A stretch of 64,000 bases of DNA. Origin: Felis catus (Eukaryota). The stretch is taken from assembly GCF_018350175.1 (NCBI RefSeq), contig NC_058369.1, positions 51,088,001-51,152,000 of the forward strand. The letters are read 5' to 3'. A model generated the notes under the pieces. The model was not told where the DNA came from. It did not search any database and saw only the letters and a list, made by a program, of their open reading frames with translations. How positions within the stretch are numbered: the stretch's first letter is position 1; each line of letters opens with the position of its first letter. Position numbers and translations under genes: made by a program. Shown here in pieces: positions 32,421 to 44,594 of the stretch.

Positions 32421-32849
32421 TATTCCTCACCTATGTACCAGACATCCCAGATACACTCATACCCTTCATCCTGTTTCTATACACCCTAAAAGCTCCTATG
32501 TTCCAAACTGAACCCCAACTCCTTACATACCTAACTTCAAACATCCTCAATACACATATAGCCTCCACTCTTACCACCCTTGAGCCAGATGCTAGCATGC
32601 ACAACACCTGGACACACATTTGCAACAAAAACAGATTCCCAGATATCCCCACCCATAAGGATACCCTTACACTGTAGCTCTGTATCTGATGCACACGCCT
32701 GTGCTAAGACATTAGCACACCCCAACACGGCCCCACATATTTATAGCTCCAATGCCCAGTCCTTCCACATTCAGACCCATCTGAACGCAGGCGCACCCAC
32801 ACGCACACCCTTCCCACCTTCCGACATTACCCACTCAGTTCCCCACCGG

Positions 32850-33320
32850 CCGCCTGGCACCTGCGGGGCCTGGGGGCAGAGGTAGGAGAGAAAGGCCCTG
32901 CCCTGCCCTGCCCATCCAGAGTCTAGCCCCCTTAGGCACCTATCCCATCTCTGGGGGAGAGGATCCAGCGGCTGGTGGGTCCAGCCGCCCCTCCTCGGAT
33001 CCCAGGAGCACAGGCGGGTTGGCCCCCGGGCTGTACCTGCGGCTGCCCCGCCGAGGGGCTGGCTGGAAGGCCCGAAGTGGCTGCCGCTGAGCTCTGGCTG
33101 CCGGCTGCTGTCTGCCGCCGCTCCGCGCCTGGCCCGCCCGCCCGCTCGCTCCCTCGCTGAGGCTCGGCTCGGGCTCTGCTGGCTCCCTCCGCCCGCCTGC
33201 GGCTCTGATGTCAGTGGAGGAGGAGCCTGCGGCGGAGGGACGAGGGACTGGGAGGCACAGCTGCGCTCCTGGGCTGGGGAAGGGGCGCGGCGGTTGGAGG
33301 GGAAGCCCCTAGTTCAGGTC
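32850..33320. promoter_or_regulatory. CAMK1 CpG-island promoter with CRE-like TGATGTCA (33206-33213)
   Basis: CpG enrichment, GC boxes, and a one-mismatch CRE octamer just upstream of exon 1. Confidence 0.65.
33037..33200 (-). other. CAMK1: CAMK1 non-coding exon 1 (approximate 5' end)
   Basis: GC-rich CpG island with a minus-strand donor CAG|GTACAG at 33037/33036. Exon 2 acceptor lies at 30975-30976 (exon 2 = 30860-30974). Confidence 0.65.
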
Positions 33321-34378
33321 AGCTCCTCTTCTGGACTTTTCCCTCCCTTCCTCTCCGTAGGGCCCCCATTTCACAGAGGGGACAACTGAGGTCCAGAGAG
33401 ATGAAGGGTTCAAAATCAGCAGTTGGTCAGAGGCAAAATTAAATTCGAATCCAGGTCTGTGTGATGCCAGAGTCTGACCAGTTCCACCCTGTCGCCTTGT
33501 GGAGTTTCAGACTAGTCCTGGAAGCTCCCTTGGGAATCTTGGGTTCTGTCTCCCCTTTCTTCTCACCGTCCCCTTTCCCCCAGTGCCCAGAAGGGAATCA
33601 GGCCCTCAAAAGGGCTCAGGAGACTGACGCGGGGTGGGGGTGGGGGGGGGGGGTGGTGATGGAGGGCGTAGAGAAAGGGGAAAGCAAGAGTAAACAGTGA
33701 AGAGAATAGAGACAGTCGTAGGGTGGGGTCCCCAGCTGACAGGCAGAAAAACAGACCCGTAAGTCCCTTTCTTCGGGAGGCTGAGCTGAAGTTCCAGTCC
33801 CCTGCACCTGCCCCTCAAAATAGGTGTGGTGCCCTGAGGGCTTGGGACTGGGAGGGGGAAGGGAGGAGAGGGAGTTAAATCAGGATCCCAGAGGAAGCAA
33901 GCCAGAGACCAAAGCGCCACGTGACTGGCTGGGTTCCTGGGGTTGATGGCTAGGCGCCAGGTTTGGAGCAGGGGGTGGAGCACAAACTGCTCCTGGGACG
34001 TCGGCAGGGGTCCAAGGGACCTGACCAAGGTCCTCTTGCGCAAGGCTTTCCTTGGGAAGAAATTTGGTGCAGGGTGAGCGAGGGAGCAACTCAAAGGAAG
34101 TGTGGGTGGGGCTGGACTGGGGCCAGTCAGAGGAGGCACATGCTTCGACCCCCACTCTTCCTCCATCACCTCCCACCGCCCCAAACTTGTGCATTTTCCA
34201 GCAGGACTTGGGGAGAGGACGATTCTGACCCCAACTCAATTTCAGCTGGCTTTTACTTCTCTTTTCCCTGGGACTAGATCAGGGGTGGTTGATGTATTAT
34301 GCCCATTTTTGCCCATTTTACAGATGAGAGAGGATGATGGCTAAGGTTCCTAGAAAGGCTTTAAAGACTGATTTATCT

Positions 34379-34515
34379 GGGGGTGCCTGGGTGTCTCAGT
34401 CCATTAAGTGTCTGACTCTTGATTTCTGCTCAGATCATGATCTCAAGGTTCATGGGATCAATCAATCCCCAATCAGTTGGGATTCTTTCTCTCCCTCTCT
34501 CTCTATGCCCCTCTG

Positions 34516-34564
<49 letters not shown>

Positions 34565-34590
34565 ATAAATAAACATTAAAGAAAAAAAGG
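34379..34590 (+). mobile_element. CAN-SINE with long (CT)n
   Basis: ggggtgcctgggtgtctcagt head; TSD-like gactga(t/c)ttatct. Confidence 0.9.
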
Positions 34591-35339
34591 GACTGACTTA
34601 TCTGAGTCACATTTCACCTCTCTGAGCCTCAATTTTTCCATTTGGAATATGGGAATATGTGACCAACTGAGAATTCTATAAGATAATAAATGTGAAATGC
34701 TTGGAATACCATAGGGGTTCAGATATGAGAGCTAGACTTAGTGTAAACTGAGGCTCAGAGAAGGGACCTGATTGTCCAGGGGCAGGGGACACAGGTCAGT
34801 TTCCCTGTCCTGAATCTCAGTATCTCAGACTTCCTAGTTCATGGGAAAACATATCTCCTACCCAGGGCTGAGGGTAGGAGACTCTCTCCCCTAGACCACC
34901 AATATACCCATTGATCTAGAATTATTTCACTACAAATTCCTGTTTATCTCATTGACAACATTTCTGAGGTGATAAGGTGGCCTCTGTCCTTTCGAGGACT
35001 TGTACACCTTTTATGCTCTGTTTTACACGTTGCCTGCTTTTGAGCATGTCTGAGGGCACTTACACTTTCCTTTTTTAACAAATACATTCTATGTCTTTTT
35101 AAAAAAATATTTCTACTAAGCAAATAATTACATAAGATACTAAAAACACACAAAGACCATCCTTGTCACTGATCAGATTCTTTCACTTGCTAAGTAGCAG
35201 AATCCTAACCTAAGCCAGCTTCACCAAAGAGGGACCTGTGGCTCACAATAGCTGACTGCAAGATTGAGGGAAAAACAACATGGATCAGGGTCTTGGAGAC
35301 TGGAACTGGAGACACAGGGCTCATAGCATTTGCTTTCTT

Positions 35340-35567
35340 TTTTTTTATTATTATTATCTTTTTTAACGTTTATTTATTTTTGAGACAGAGAGAGACAGAG
35401 CATGAACGGGGGAGGGTCAGAGAGAGAGGGAGACACAGAATCTGAAACGGGCTCCAGGCTCTGAGCTGTCAGCATAGAGCCCGACGTGGGGCTCAAACTC
35501 ATAGACCATGTGATCATGACCTGAGCCAAAGTCTGACGCTTAACTGGCTGAGCCACCCAGGCGCCCC
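35340..35567 (-). mobile_element. Young SINEC_Fc-like element inserted into an old MaLR-like LTR
   Basis: Perfect 15-bp TSD agcatttgctttctt (35325-35339 and 35568-35582); near-consensus body. Confidence 0.92.
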
Positions 35568-36317
35568 AGCATTTGCTTTCTTGTATCTCTCCTTGTCTCA
35601 ATTTCTCTGCACGTTGGCTTCCCTTCCTCTGCAGAGTGAGCTCTGCCTGGCAGGAAATGTGGTGTGAGGTAGTCTCAGCTTTCCAATGCAACCCAGCAGG
35701 AAAGCTCGACCCAGTTTTCATATATCAGTCTCAGGGAAGGACTCTGATGAATTCTGCTAGAGTAACATGCCTACCCCTTGGCCCCAGACAAATTATTGCC
35801 AGGGAAATGAAGTACTGTATTGGGTAAATGTACTGTCATGGGCAGCCACACCAGAGTCAAGGGGTGAAGAGGCGTGTCTTGCCAAAAGGAAATAAAGATG
35901 CTGGGCAGGCATGAATAACACATCTATCCCAGCCCTGCTCCCATCAATCAGAAATAACTAGTATTAGTATTTTTTGGTACCTATTCCTCCAGACTTTTTG
36001 GGATGCATGTATTTACATACACATTTCCTCCTACAGTCCCAACCCCCAATGAGCATATCTCATGGTACTAAAACAAAAAGTCAAGGACAGTCAAATAGAT
36101 GAAGGAAAAAAGGAAAAAATCCTCTTCTCTCCTTTGTTATTAAAAAAAGATGACCAAACAGCTCAGACACGTCCATCAGTTCTCGCATACAGAAAATAAG
36201 CCATTGGAGGGGTGAAAGGTTTTCTAAGATTAGAGAGAATGGAAGAATTCCTATGGAAAAGATGGACAAGGTTATGTGCAAAACAGAAAAACGTTTTTTT
36301 TTTTTATAGAGTGTTTT

Positions 36318-36522
36318 CTTTTTTTTAATGTTTATTTACTTATTTTGAGAGAGAGAGTGAACACAAGCATGTGAGCGGGGAAAGGGAAGAGAGAGAATCC
36401 CAAGCAGTCTCCGTGCATCAGCACAGAACCAAATGCGGGGCTCTGTCCACGAACTGTGAGATCATAATCTGAGCCGAAATCAAGAGCCAGAGGCTTAACC
36501 AACCGAGTTACACAGGCGCCCC
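36318..36522 (-). mobile_element. CAN-SINE
   Basis: Reverse-complement head ggggcgcctgtgtaactcggttggttaag and T-rich tail. Confidence 0.88.
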
Positions 36523-36589
36523 CCCAAAAAAACATTCTTTAACTTCTATTGCTGGAAACAAACAAACAAAACCTTACCCTACTCCAAAA

Positions 36590-37430
36590 TCATACCCAGC
36601 ATTAAAAGGCAAACTTCAGACTGAGGAAATGTTTTATAGACAATGGGTTAATATTTTCTATTATGTGAGGAACACTGAACATTGATAACAAACAGACCCA
36701 ATAACTGGTCAGTGGAGACAGATAAAACACAATAAACATGGGACATTTTCTACCTCACAAGTAATCAAAGCAGTGCAAACTAAAAGGCCATTAATAGCCT
36801 TTCAATTCTGAAATTTAAAAAACTAGTGACACTGAAATTGTCAGTGTGAGCAATGGATACTTCTGTATTTCTGGTGGGAAAATGACTTGCTAAAATCTTT
36901 CGGAAAGCCGTTTGGCAATATGCATCAAAGGCTTCAGTAACGTCCAGGCCTTTTGACCCAGGCATTTCTCTTCTGGGAATTAATTTCAGGGAAATAGTCC
37001 TAAATTAGGACAAAGCTATATGCTCCAAGATACTTGAAGAAATATTTTCCAACAGCAAAATTTAGAAGAAATCACCAAGAATGGAACAGTTAAAAAACAT
37101 AAGGTATGCCTATGGGATGTAATATTTCACAGTTCTTAAATCGATGGTAATGCAACCTACTTAATAAAAGGACAGAGGCACCTGGCTGGCTTGGTCAGCA
37201 GAGAATGCACCTCTTGATCTTATGGTTGTGAGTTCAACCCCTACGTTGGGCATGGAGCCTACTTAAAAAAATAAAATAAAAGGATGAAAATGCTTGTAAT
37301 GTTAAACAGGTATGCAGTTTGGGAACTTCAGTGTAAAATGCAAAATGTATGTTATTCATAGCAGAGTGGAGAGGAACACCATAAATGTTAACAATGGTCA
37401 AAAAATCATCTGATTTTGTTTTGTTTCTTT
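36590..37430 (+). mobile_element. Degraded L1 (L1M-type) 3' fragment
   Basis: AT-rich with ggcaatatgcatcaaagg…cttttgacccaggcatttctcttctgggaatt…ctaaatt motifs. Confidence 0.55.
37176..37283 (+). mobile_element. Short CAN-SINE within an L1 relic
   Basis: aggcacctggctggcttggtcagcagag…gcatggagcctacttaaaaaa; TSD-like taaaagga. Confidence 0.8.
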
Positions 37431-37486
37431 TACTTCTCTCTACATGTCTATATTCTCCAAACTTTGTTGAGTAATATTAACTTTAT

Positions 37487-37521
37487 TTTTTTTTAAGTTT
37501 ATTTATTTTGAGGGGGGGAGG

Positions 37522-37561
<40 letters not shown>

Positions 37562-37667
37562 CTCAAGCAGGCTCCATGCTGCCAGTATGGGGGCTCAAAC
37601 TCATAAACTGAGATAATGACCCGAAATCAAAAGTCAGAACTCAACTGACTGAGACACCCAGGTGCCC
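37487..37667 (-). mobile_element. CAN-SINE with (GA)n
   Basis: TSD tgagtaatattaactttat at 37468 and 37668. Confidence 0.9.
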
Positions 37668-37787
37668 TGAGTAATATTAACTTTATAATTAAAAAGTCAC
37701 TTTTTAAAAAAAGTATGCCAGGAGACGGTTGGTATGTACCAACTTAGTGGTCAAATTTTAAAATTTTATTTAAAAAATAACAAACAG

Positions 37788-37985
37788 GTGCCTAGGTGGC
37801 TCTGTCAGTTAAGTGTCTGACTCTTGATTTTGGCTCAGGTCATGATCTCATGGTTTGTGGGATCGAGTCCCATGTAGGGGTCTGCACTGTCAGTGCAGAG
37901 CCTGTTTGGGATTCTCTTTCTCCTTCTCTCTCTGTCCCTCCCCCACGTGCACGCCCTCTCTTTCAAAAATAAATAAATAAAAATT
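37788..37985 (+). mobile_element. CAN-SINE
   Basis: aggtgcctaggtggctctgtcagttaagtgtctgactcttg… with A tail. Confidence 0.88.
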
Positions 37986-38649
37986 TTAAGAAAAGATAAA
38001 AAATAACAAAGAAATAGAGAAGATTTAAATGTCACATCCATCAACATTTTTCTCTCCTACTATTGAAACAGTGATGGCACATTAATAAAAGTTTGGGGTC
38101 AGACAGACCAGGGTTCAAACTCTGTAACCCTTACCAGCTGTGGAATCTTGGACAAATCATTTCATGGCTCTGAGCCTCAGTTTCTTCATCTATAACATGG
38201 CATAACCATACTGATAAGCATACCTACTTTGTAGGGTTATTTTGAGAATGAGACAGAAAGTGACTTTCAGCCACTAGGCTAGTTCCCTCATTGTCACTTG
38301 GATCCCCAGTATGTACCTGGTGCATAATAGGTGTAAGAAATGAGACAGAAAGAGAGTTTTTTTTTTTTCTCCTTTTATAGCTATCAACTGCCCTGGGACA
38401 GCTGCTTTTAATATTATTTTTCCTTCCATCCTTGAAGCCCCACATGTTCCATTCAGGCTCCAAATTTGGGATTTCCTTTCTGCCCTCATGGTACCCATCC
38501 CTATTTTCTCATGCAGTCAGGAGCAGCCCCTCTCAGCAGGCTCAGAGGTCCCTCTAATGTTTACCAGATCTGACTGCTTTGTCTTGGTTAACACAGGCAT
38601 ATTCTGGGGCAATGATTCTTGTGCTTTTCTTTGATAATCAACCTATAAT

Positions 38650-38844
38650 TTTTTAAGTTTACTTATTTATCTTGAGAGAGAGTTGGGCGGAGGGACAGAG
38701 AGAGAGAGGGAGAGAGAACGAGAATCCCAAACAGTCTCTGCACCACCAGTGCAGATCCTGATTTGGGGTTCAAACTCACAAACCGAAAGATCATGACCTA
38801 AGCCAAAGTTGGATGCTTAACCAACTGAGCTACCCAGGCACCCC
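38650..38844 (-). mobile_element. CAN-SINE
   Basis: Reverse-complement head ggggtgcctgggtagctcagttggttaagc. Confidence 0.88.
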
Positions 38845-39532
38845 TCAATGTATAATTTTGTGTGCGGTGGTGTTGGCAGGTCCAGAGAGGGACACTTAGA
38901 ATAGGGCCCTAGAGTCTACAAAACTGGCTTACAAAACTGGTTCCCCACCAGCTATCTGATCTGGCTCTTCCCCTTTCTGTTTCCTAGTTTTCTTATCTGT
39001 AAAACAGGGTAATGGTCTTACCTGCTCTGATGTAGAATCATTGAGAAGAGCAAATACGAGAAGTCACATATCTTGCAGAAGTATCCTCCCAGAGCTGTCT
39101 TGTAACAATATGGCCTGAGCTTTCATCAAAGGTTGTGATAAGAAATCACCATGTGAAACTCAATCTCCATTGTTGTCAAATTTATAGAGAATATTATCAG
39201 TATATGACTCCAGTGGAGAAGTTTCCTCAGCATGAGAAATTATTGGATTTTTCTGTCAGGAAAATTGGAAGATGCCCTTTCCTCTGATATCAAAGGAAGA
39301 GACTGATTCATCTTATCGCCGTTTTTGTCTTGGCTGCCAGGAAGCTTAGAGCTAAATCTGATGCTTAATGACAGCAGTTCCATTGAAACTGATGGGCTTA
39401 ATTTTATATTTGTATTTCATGAAACTCATTGTACACATCCTCAATCATAAGTTTTCTCAAATTCTTTTGAGAAGAAGGAAGGAAGGAAGGAAGGAAGGAA
39501 GGAAGGAAGGAAGGAAAAAAAGAAAGCAAGGA

Positions 39533-39765
39533 GGGGTGCCTGGGTGGCTCAGCAGGTTAAGCGTCGACTCTTGGTTTCTGCTCAGGTCATGATCTCATGG
39601 TTCATGTGTTCGAGACCTATGTCAGGCTCTTCACTGACAGTGAGGGGCCTGCTTGGGGTTCTCTCTCTCCATCTCTCTGCCCCTCCCCCATTCATGCACA
39701 TGCCCGCTCTGTCTCTGTCTCTCTCAAAATACACAAACTTTAAAAAGAAAGGGAGAAAAAAAGGG
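39533..39765 (+). mobile_element. CAN-SINE preceded by (GGAA)n microsatellite (39474-39515)
   Basis: ggggtgcctgggtggctcagcaggttaagc head, CT body and A-rich tail. Confidence 0.9.
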
Positions 39766-39780
39766 AAGGAGTCAGGTATA

Positions 39781-39811
39781 GTTTTTTTTTTTTTTTCAGA
39801 GAGAGAGAGAG

Positions 39812-39851
<40 letters not shown>

Positions 39852-40024
39852 CCACTCGTGCAAGGAGGGGGAAGGGCAGAGGGAGAGGAAACAAAAGAAT
39901 CTTAAGCAGGCTCCACACCCAGCGAGGAACTCAACCCAGGGCTAGACACAGGACTTGATCTCATGACCCTGAGAGCTGAAATCAAGAGATAGATGTTTAA
40001 CCGACTGATCCACCCAGGTGCCCC
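39781..40024 (-). mobile_element. CAN-SINE with (GA)n(GT)n(GC)n
   Basis: TSD aggtata (39774-39780 and 40026-40032); reverse-complement head ggggcacctgggtggatcagtcggttaa. Confidence 0.88.
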
Positions 40025-40250
40025 AAGGTATACTTTGAAAAGCATACTTGGCCCACTGTAGCAGCTAAAATATAAGTTTGATTTCTCTAATAGACACGGA
40101 GAATAGTTGTGACTTAAATAAAATGGAAGTGTATAGCAATCTGGCCATAAGTAGTCATACCAGGCTGGTATGACTCAAGGTAGGAGGGATCCTGGCTTCT
40201 TATCTTGCTGCTCCAGAGTTCCCATGGTGTTGTCTTTGACCACATGTTTC

Positions 40251-40466
40251 TTTTTTTAAAAAAAAATTTTTTTAAATGTTTTTATTTATTTTTGAGACAG
40301 AGAGAGAGCATGAGCAGGGGAGGGGCAGAGAGAGACGGAGACAGAATCTGAAACAGGCTCCGGGCTGTCAGCACAGAGCCTGATGCGGGGCTCGAACTCA
40401 CGAATCGCGTGATCATGACCTGAGCCAAAGTCAGACGCTTAACCGACTGAGCCACCCAGGTGCCCC
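40251..40466 (-). mobile_element. Young SINEC_Fc-like element
   Basis: Perfect 14-bp TSD tgaccacatgtttc (40237-40250 and 40467-40480). Confidence 0.92.
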
Positions 40467-40917
40467 TGACCACATGTTTCAAGATGGCTTGCCACCAAGT
40501 CTCATCCCAGCCAGGGACAAATGGGAACATGGGGGGCACATGCCTTGGGACTTATGACCTCATAGTTACACACGTCTCTTCCATTCACATCCTATTGGCC
40601 AAAATTTAAATCACATGATCATATCTAACTTCAAGAGAAGCTGAGATATTTAGTCTTTGAGGTGCTATGTCCCACTAAAAATCAGGAATCCTATTAACTA
40701 TAGAATAGATTTTGAAGGATATCTACCAGCTTCTGTGGCATCCACCATCTCGGATGTACTTTTTGCACATGATTACACTCCAGCCTGCCCTAATTGCACT
40801 CTCACCCCCTCTAATCAGTCAGGCTTCCATGCTGCTCTCAAAGTGCTTTCCAATTTGGAGTGCTATTATGGCACTCCCCTGCTCACACACCAACCCTGAA
40901 TCCCTAGTACCTAGAAA

Positions 40918-41226
40918 AGTCATTCTCAAACTTTAACATGCATCAGGAATCACCTGGAGAGTATGTTAAAACAGAGATGTCTGAAGCTCCCGGCAGAGCT
41001 TCTGATTCAGTGCGTCTAGGACCTGAGAATTTTCATCTTTAGTAAGTTCCCAGGTGATGCTGATGCTGCTGGCTCAAGGACCACACTTGTTTTTTTAAAG
41101 ATTTCATTTATAAGTAATCTGTACTCCCAAGGTGGGGCTCGAACTCACAACCCCTAGAGCAAGAGTCGCATGCTTTACCGACTGACCCAGCTAGGTGCCC
41201 CCAGGACCACACTTTGAGAACCACTG
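40918..41226. mobile_element. MER5A-like hAT-Charlie relic interrupted by a short CAN-SINE (- strand, ~41089-41200)
   Basis: …ttctcaaact…gaatcacctgg…ttctgattcag…caggtgatgctgatgctgctgg…accacactttgagaaccactg; SINE TSD aggaccacactt. Confidence 0.75.
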
Positions 41227-43179
41227 AACTTGAGACTAAATCCCATGCCCCTTAACCTACTATTCACAGCCAGCCTGTTCTCAGCCTACTTTCCAGCTTC
41301 ATTTCTTATCCTTCCCTTCCCCCTCCACACACCCAAGGCTCCAGTCACAGTGCAGTTCTCACCTCTCTCTAAGCGGGCCAGCTGTTCACACCTTTGTGCC
41401 TTGCTGTTCCTTTTGTCTGCAATGTCTTCTGCCTGGCAACTTCCTTTCCACATCCTCTCTGAATCCTTTCCTGACCCTCTAAACTGTTGTTAAGTCATTC
41501 TGTGCCCTAGGTCCCTGCAGACTTTGTACATTCTTCTATTATTGTTCTTCACAGAGCTCTCAGCCATGGCAACAAGGTCACTGAGTGAGGAAACAGGAGT
41601 ATGAATGAGGAAAGGGAGGCAAGTAGATGGAGTGAATGAACAAAGGAGGTGAGTGAAAAGAAGAAATGATGAGTTAATACATGAACAGGTGAGTTATGGT
41701 CCATTTGTGTTTGGTTGTCTCCATTAAGTCCTGAGCTCTGGAGCAGAAAGGGAAATTACTCCCTGACCACATTAGTACAAAGTTACAGCCGTCACTTACT
41801 TCTTAGCAAGATTTAACTGGGACCCAGTATCCATCAAGCCAATCCCCCAGAGTGTTCAGGAGCTGGCAGGGGCTGGGGACTCACACTGGGTCATTTCCTG
41901 ACATCAGGGCTTAACCTCCATTCAATCCTCCCTATTCTCATGCACGCTGGTGTTTCCAAAAGTCAGTTATAAGACATTTGGGACTGTGGAGAAACAATGA
42001 TGGTGGATGCCTTTCAGGGCCAAGATGCAAAAGGCTTTTTCACCAGACAAGTGATAAGGTGTCAGGGTTGTTTCAAATTAAAATAGTAGGTTTGAGGTGC
42101 TAGAACTACTCTCTCCCCCGCCATGGGGAACCCAGCTTCCTCCAACCCCCATAAAGGAAGTCTCCTTTGGCTCCAGCAGACACGGATGTGGCCATTAGAA
42201 GGGACTCCCTGGCCCAATGTGGTTGTCAACTCAGCGATGGTGCTGAGCATTTCCTGCACCACAGCTGTATAGTTTCAGAAGGCATTGCACCTCTTTGAGC
42301 TTCATTGTCCTCCTCTGCAGGGTGGAAATAGTTCTATTCACCTTGTAGGTGTGTGGTGAGCATCAAAACATGCCAGTAGAGGGCCCAGTGCAGTACTAGG
42401 CAGATAGTAGGTGTGCGACAGAGAATAGTGTTCTCGCAACTGATCCTTCAAAGTCTTTTCCCTAATGAACCAGGCCCAGTCAGAATTCTGGGGTTCTTCC
42501 TCCTATTTATAATACCTGCCTTCTCTCACAATTTTACCCAATTTGGGGATCTGACTGTCATCTTACCTCCTCCATAAAATGGTCTCTGCTCCTGGAACTC
42601 TTTACCAGTGATGCTTCTCTGGGGAGGTCTGGCTTAATGAACATGGAAGTGAATGGTTAAGCAGGGGATCTGCAAGTTGCACAGGTTCTGCAGTGCCCAA
42701 ACCTAGGAGTGTCATTCATATCGGCCATAAGGGAGTGGGGCCCCAGTGAGTTCTATAATGAAGAGTCTGTGTCTGCAAGTCAAATGGACTTGAGTTTGAA
42801 TCTTGCCTCAATGATGATTATTAATTGCTGATCACCTAGGCTTGTTTTCCTCATCTGTGAACGGGATGTTATTAGTACCCACCATGTAGGGTAGCTGAGA
42901 TTTGTAACTTAACAAGTTTAGAACAGTGCCTGGTACAGAGCTAACATTTACTGAGTACTTAATTTTATTGCTAATTCACTAATCAAATTCATTAATGAAA
43001 TTAAGTGTTAGGTGTCTTTTCTGAGAAGGTTCTAAGCAATCTGCAAACAATGAGTCACTGAAAAACAGCAGCTAGGCTCTGCACCTAGCGGGAGGCAGGC
43101 CCTCATGCTGTCCTCTCTCAGAACTCCACTCCAGCCTTCCTTCTTGCCAAAGTCCACTTTCATTAGGCCCTTTTTTAGT

Positions 43180-43580
43180 TGACAAGTGACGAAACACCAA
43201 AGCGACCTAGCTTAAGCCTAAAGAAGCATTTGTGGACTGATGTAATTGGAAGGTCCAATGGGAGATCTAGGACTCCAGCTACATCATTAAAACTTCATCT
43301 CCTTCTCCATCTCCTGGCTCTGCTTTTCTGAGTCGGCTTTATTCTCAGGCAGGTTCTTCCCCATGGCAAGAAAGTGGGTCACCAGGTGGTCTAAGCTTAC
43401 ATTCTAAGGCTTTTGATCCAAAAGAAGAGAAATCCTCTTCTCTCAGCATCAGAACAAGCTTATGGAAGGCCTCTGATTGGCCCAGTTCAAGTCAGATGTC
43501 CGTTCTTTAGACCAATTATCATGGATAAAGAATAGGGTGCTGTGACTGGCCAAGTTGGGGTCATGTATCCATCCTAGTTT
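43180..43580. mobile_element. Old MaLR (MLT1-like) LTR relic
   Basis: ctctgattggcccagttcaagtcagatgtccg…gaccaattatcatgg…gtgactggcc…ggggtcatgtatccatcct motif set. Similar relics at ~35180-35940 and ~40080-40690. Confidence 0.5.
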
Positions 43581-43859
43581 GACAGTTCCACAAGAGCCAT
43601 ATGGAATGGGGAAGCAGCAGGTCTAACAGTAGTGCTGAGCATACAAGAATGTTGCCTGTCCTTGCCATCCTTCTTTATGGCTCAGTTCACAGGTCACTTC
43701 CTCAGGGAACTGTCCCCTCCCTTGTCCTGTGTAGACCTCAACCTTCCCACAGTAAATTTACAAATTATTTTCTGACTCCCTGACTAATCTGGGACCAACT
43801 TGAGACAGGGATGAGAGCACATTTATTCATCTCTATCGCCTATACCTTGTTTCCTTCTC

Positions 43860-44400
43860 GGGCTGTGGAAGAGACATTATTGGTGGCCTATCCAGCATCC
43901 ATTTCCCCATTCCTACTCAGATCTTTATTGAGTTCCCCCGTCTTTCCCCATTGCCTTGGGCTTGGTGGGGAAGCAGACTCCACTCTCACTAGTTAAAACC
44001 AATCAGAGTCATCCCTTGCCACAGTGACTGGTTCAGGAATAGGCATGTGACAGTTTGTTTGGGCCAGCGAGACATAAGGGTATTTGGGAAAGGCTTCTTG
44101 CTTTTGGGTGGGCCAGTGAAACCAGTTGGCTCCTTCCTGCCCTCTCTTGTGCTGGATGTTGACTGCTACTGGCTGCACAGCTGGAAGAAAATTCAGTTTA
44201 GGCAAAAGCTGACATCATAGAAGGCAGTACAGAGATAACCTGGACCCTTCATGGCCCTGTTGAGATGCTGGGTTGGCCAACCCTGGAGGCCATCCTGCCC
44301 CAGGACCACCAAGCCCCAAACCAATACATTTCCTTGTTATGAATCCACTTGGAGCTGAGGGTATTGTTACTTGCAGCCACAAGTACCCTGAGAGCTCTTC
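43860..44400 (+). mobile_element. Old ERVL LTR relic (LTR16-like; family uncertain)
   Basis: ccaatcagagtcatcccttgccacagtgactggttcagg…aggcatgtgac…ccaaaccaatacatttccttgtt…gttacttgcagcc. A similar relic lies at ~50400-50760. Confidence 0.5.
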
Positions 44401-44588
44401 CTGAATGAATGACATGGGTGAGTGTCCAAAGGCTGAGAGCCACCAAGCATGCCCTCCCCTGCCACCCACACCAGTTCTTTTCTTTTCTTTTTTTTTCTTT
44501 CTTTCACACCAGTTCTTTTCTAACCTGTAGTTAACAGACATTCAAAGATTTGGGATACTTAAAAAAAAAAAAAAACCACAGCAGTCAC

Positions 44589-44594
44589 TTTACT
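44589..44594 (-). terminator. TADA3: Probable TADA3 non-canonical poly(A) signal AGTAAA
   Basis: TTTACT on the + strand about 310 nt past the stop, followed on the - strand by a GU-rich stretch and a long U-run. No AATAAA was seen nearer the stop. Confidence 0.5.

Noticed and set aside
33606-34344. 192-aa and ~100-aa ORFs upstream of CAMK1
   Set aside because: Low-complexity Pro/Leu-rich translations without splice structure or a known family.
34379-41200. Regularly recurring ~200-bp repeats as a CRISPR-like array
   Set aside because: Dispersed SINEs in mixed orientation with irregular spacing in a mammalian genome; no cas genes.
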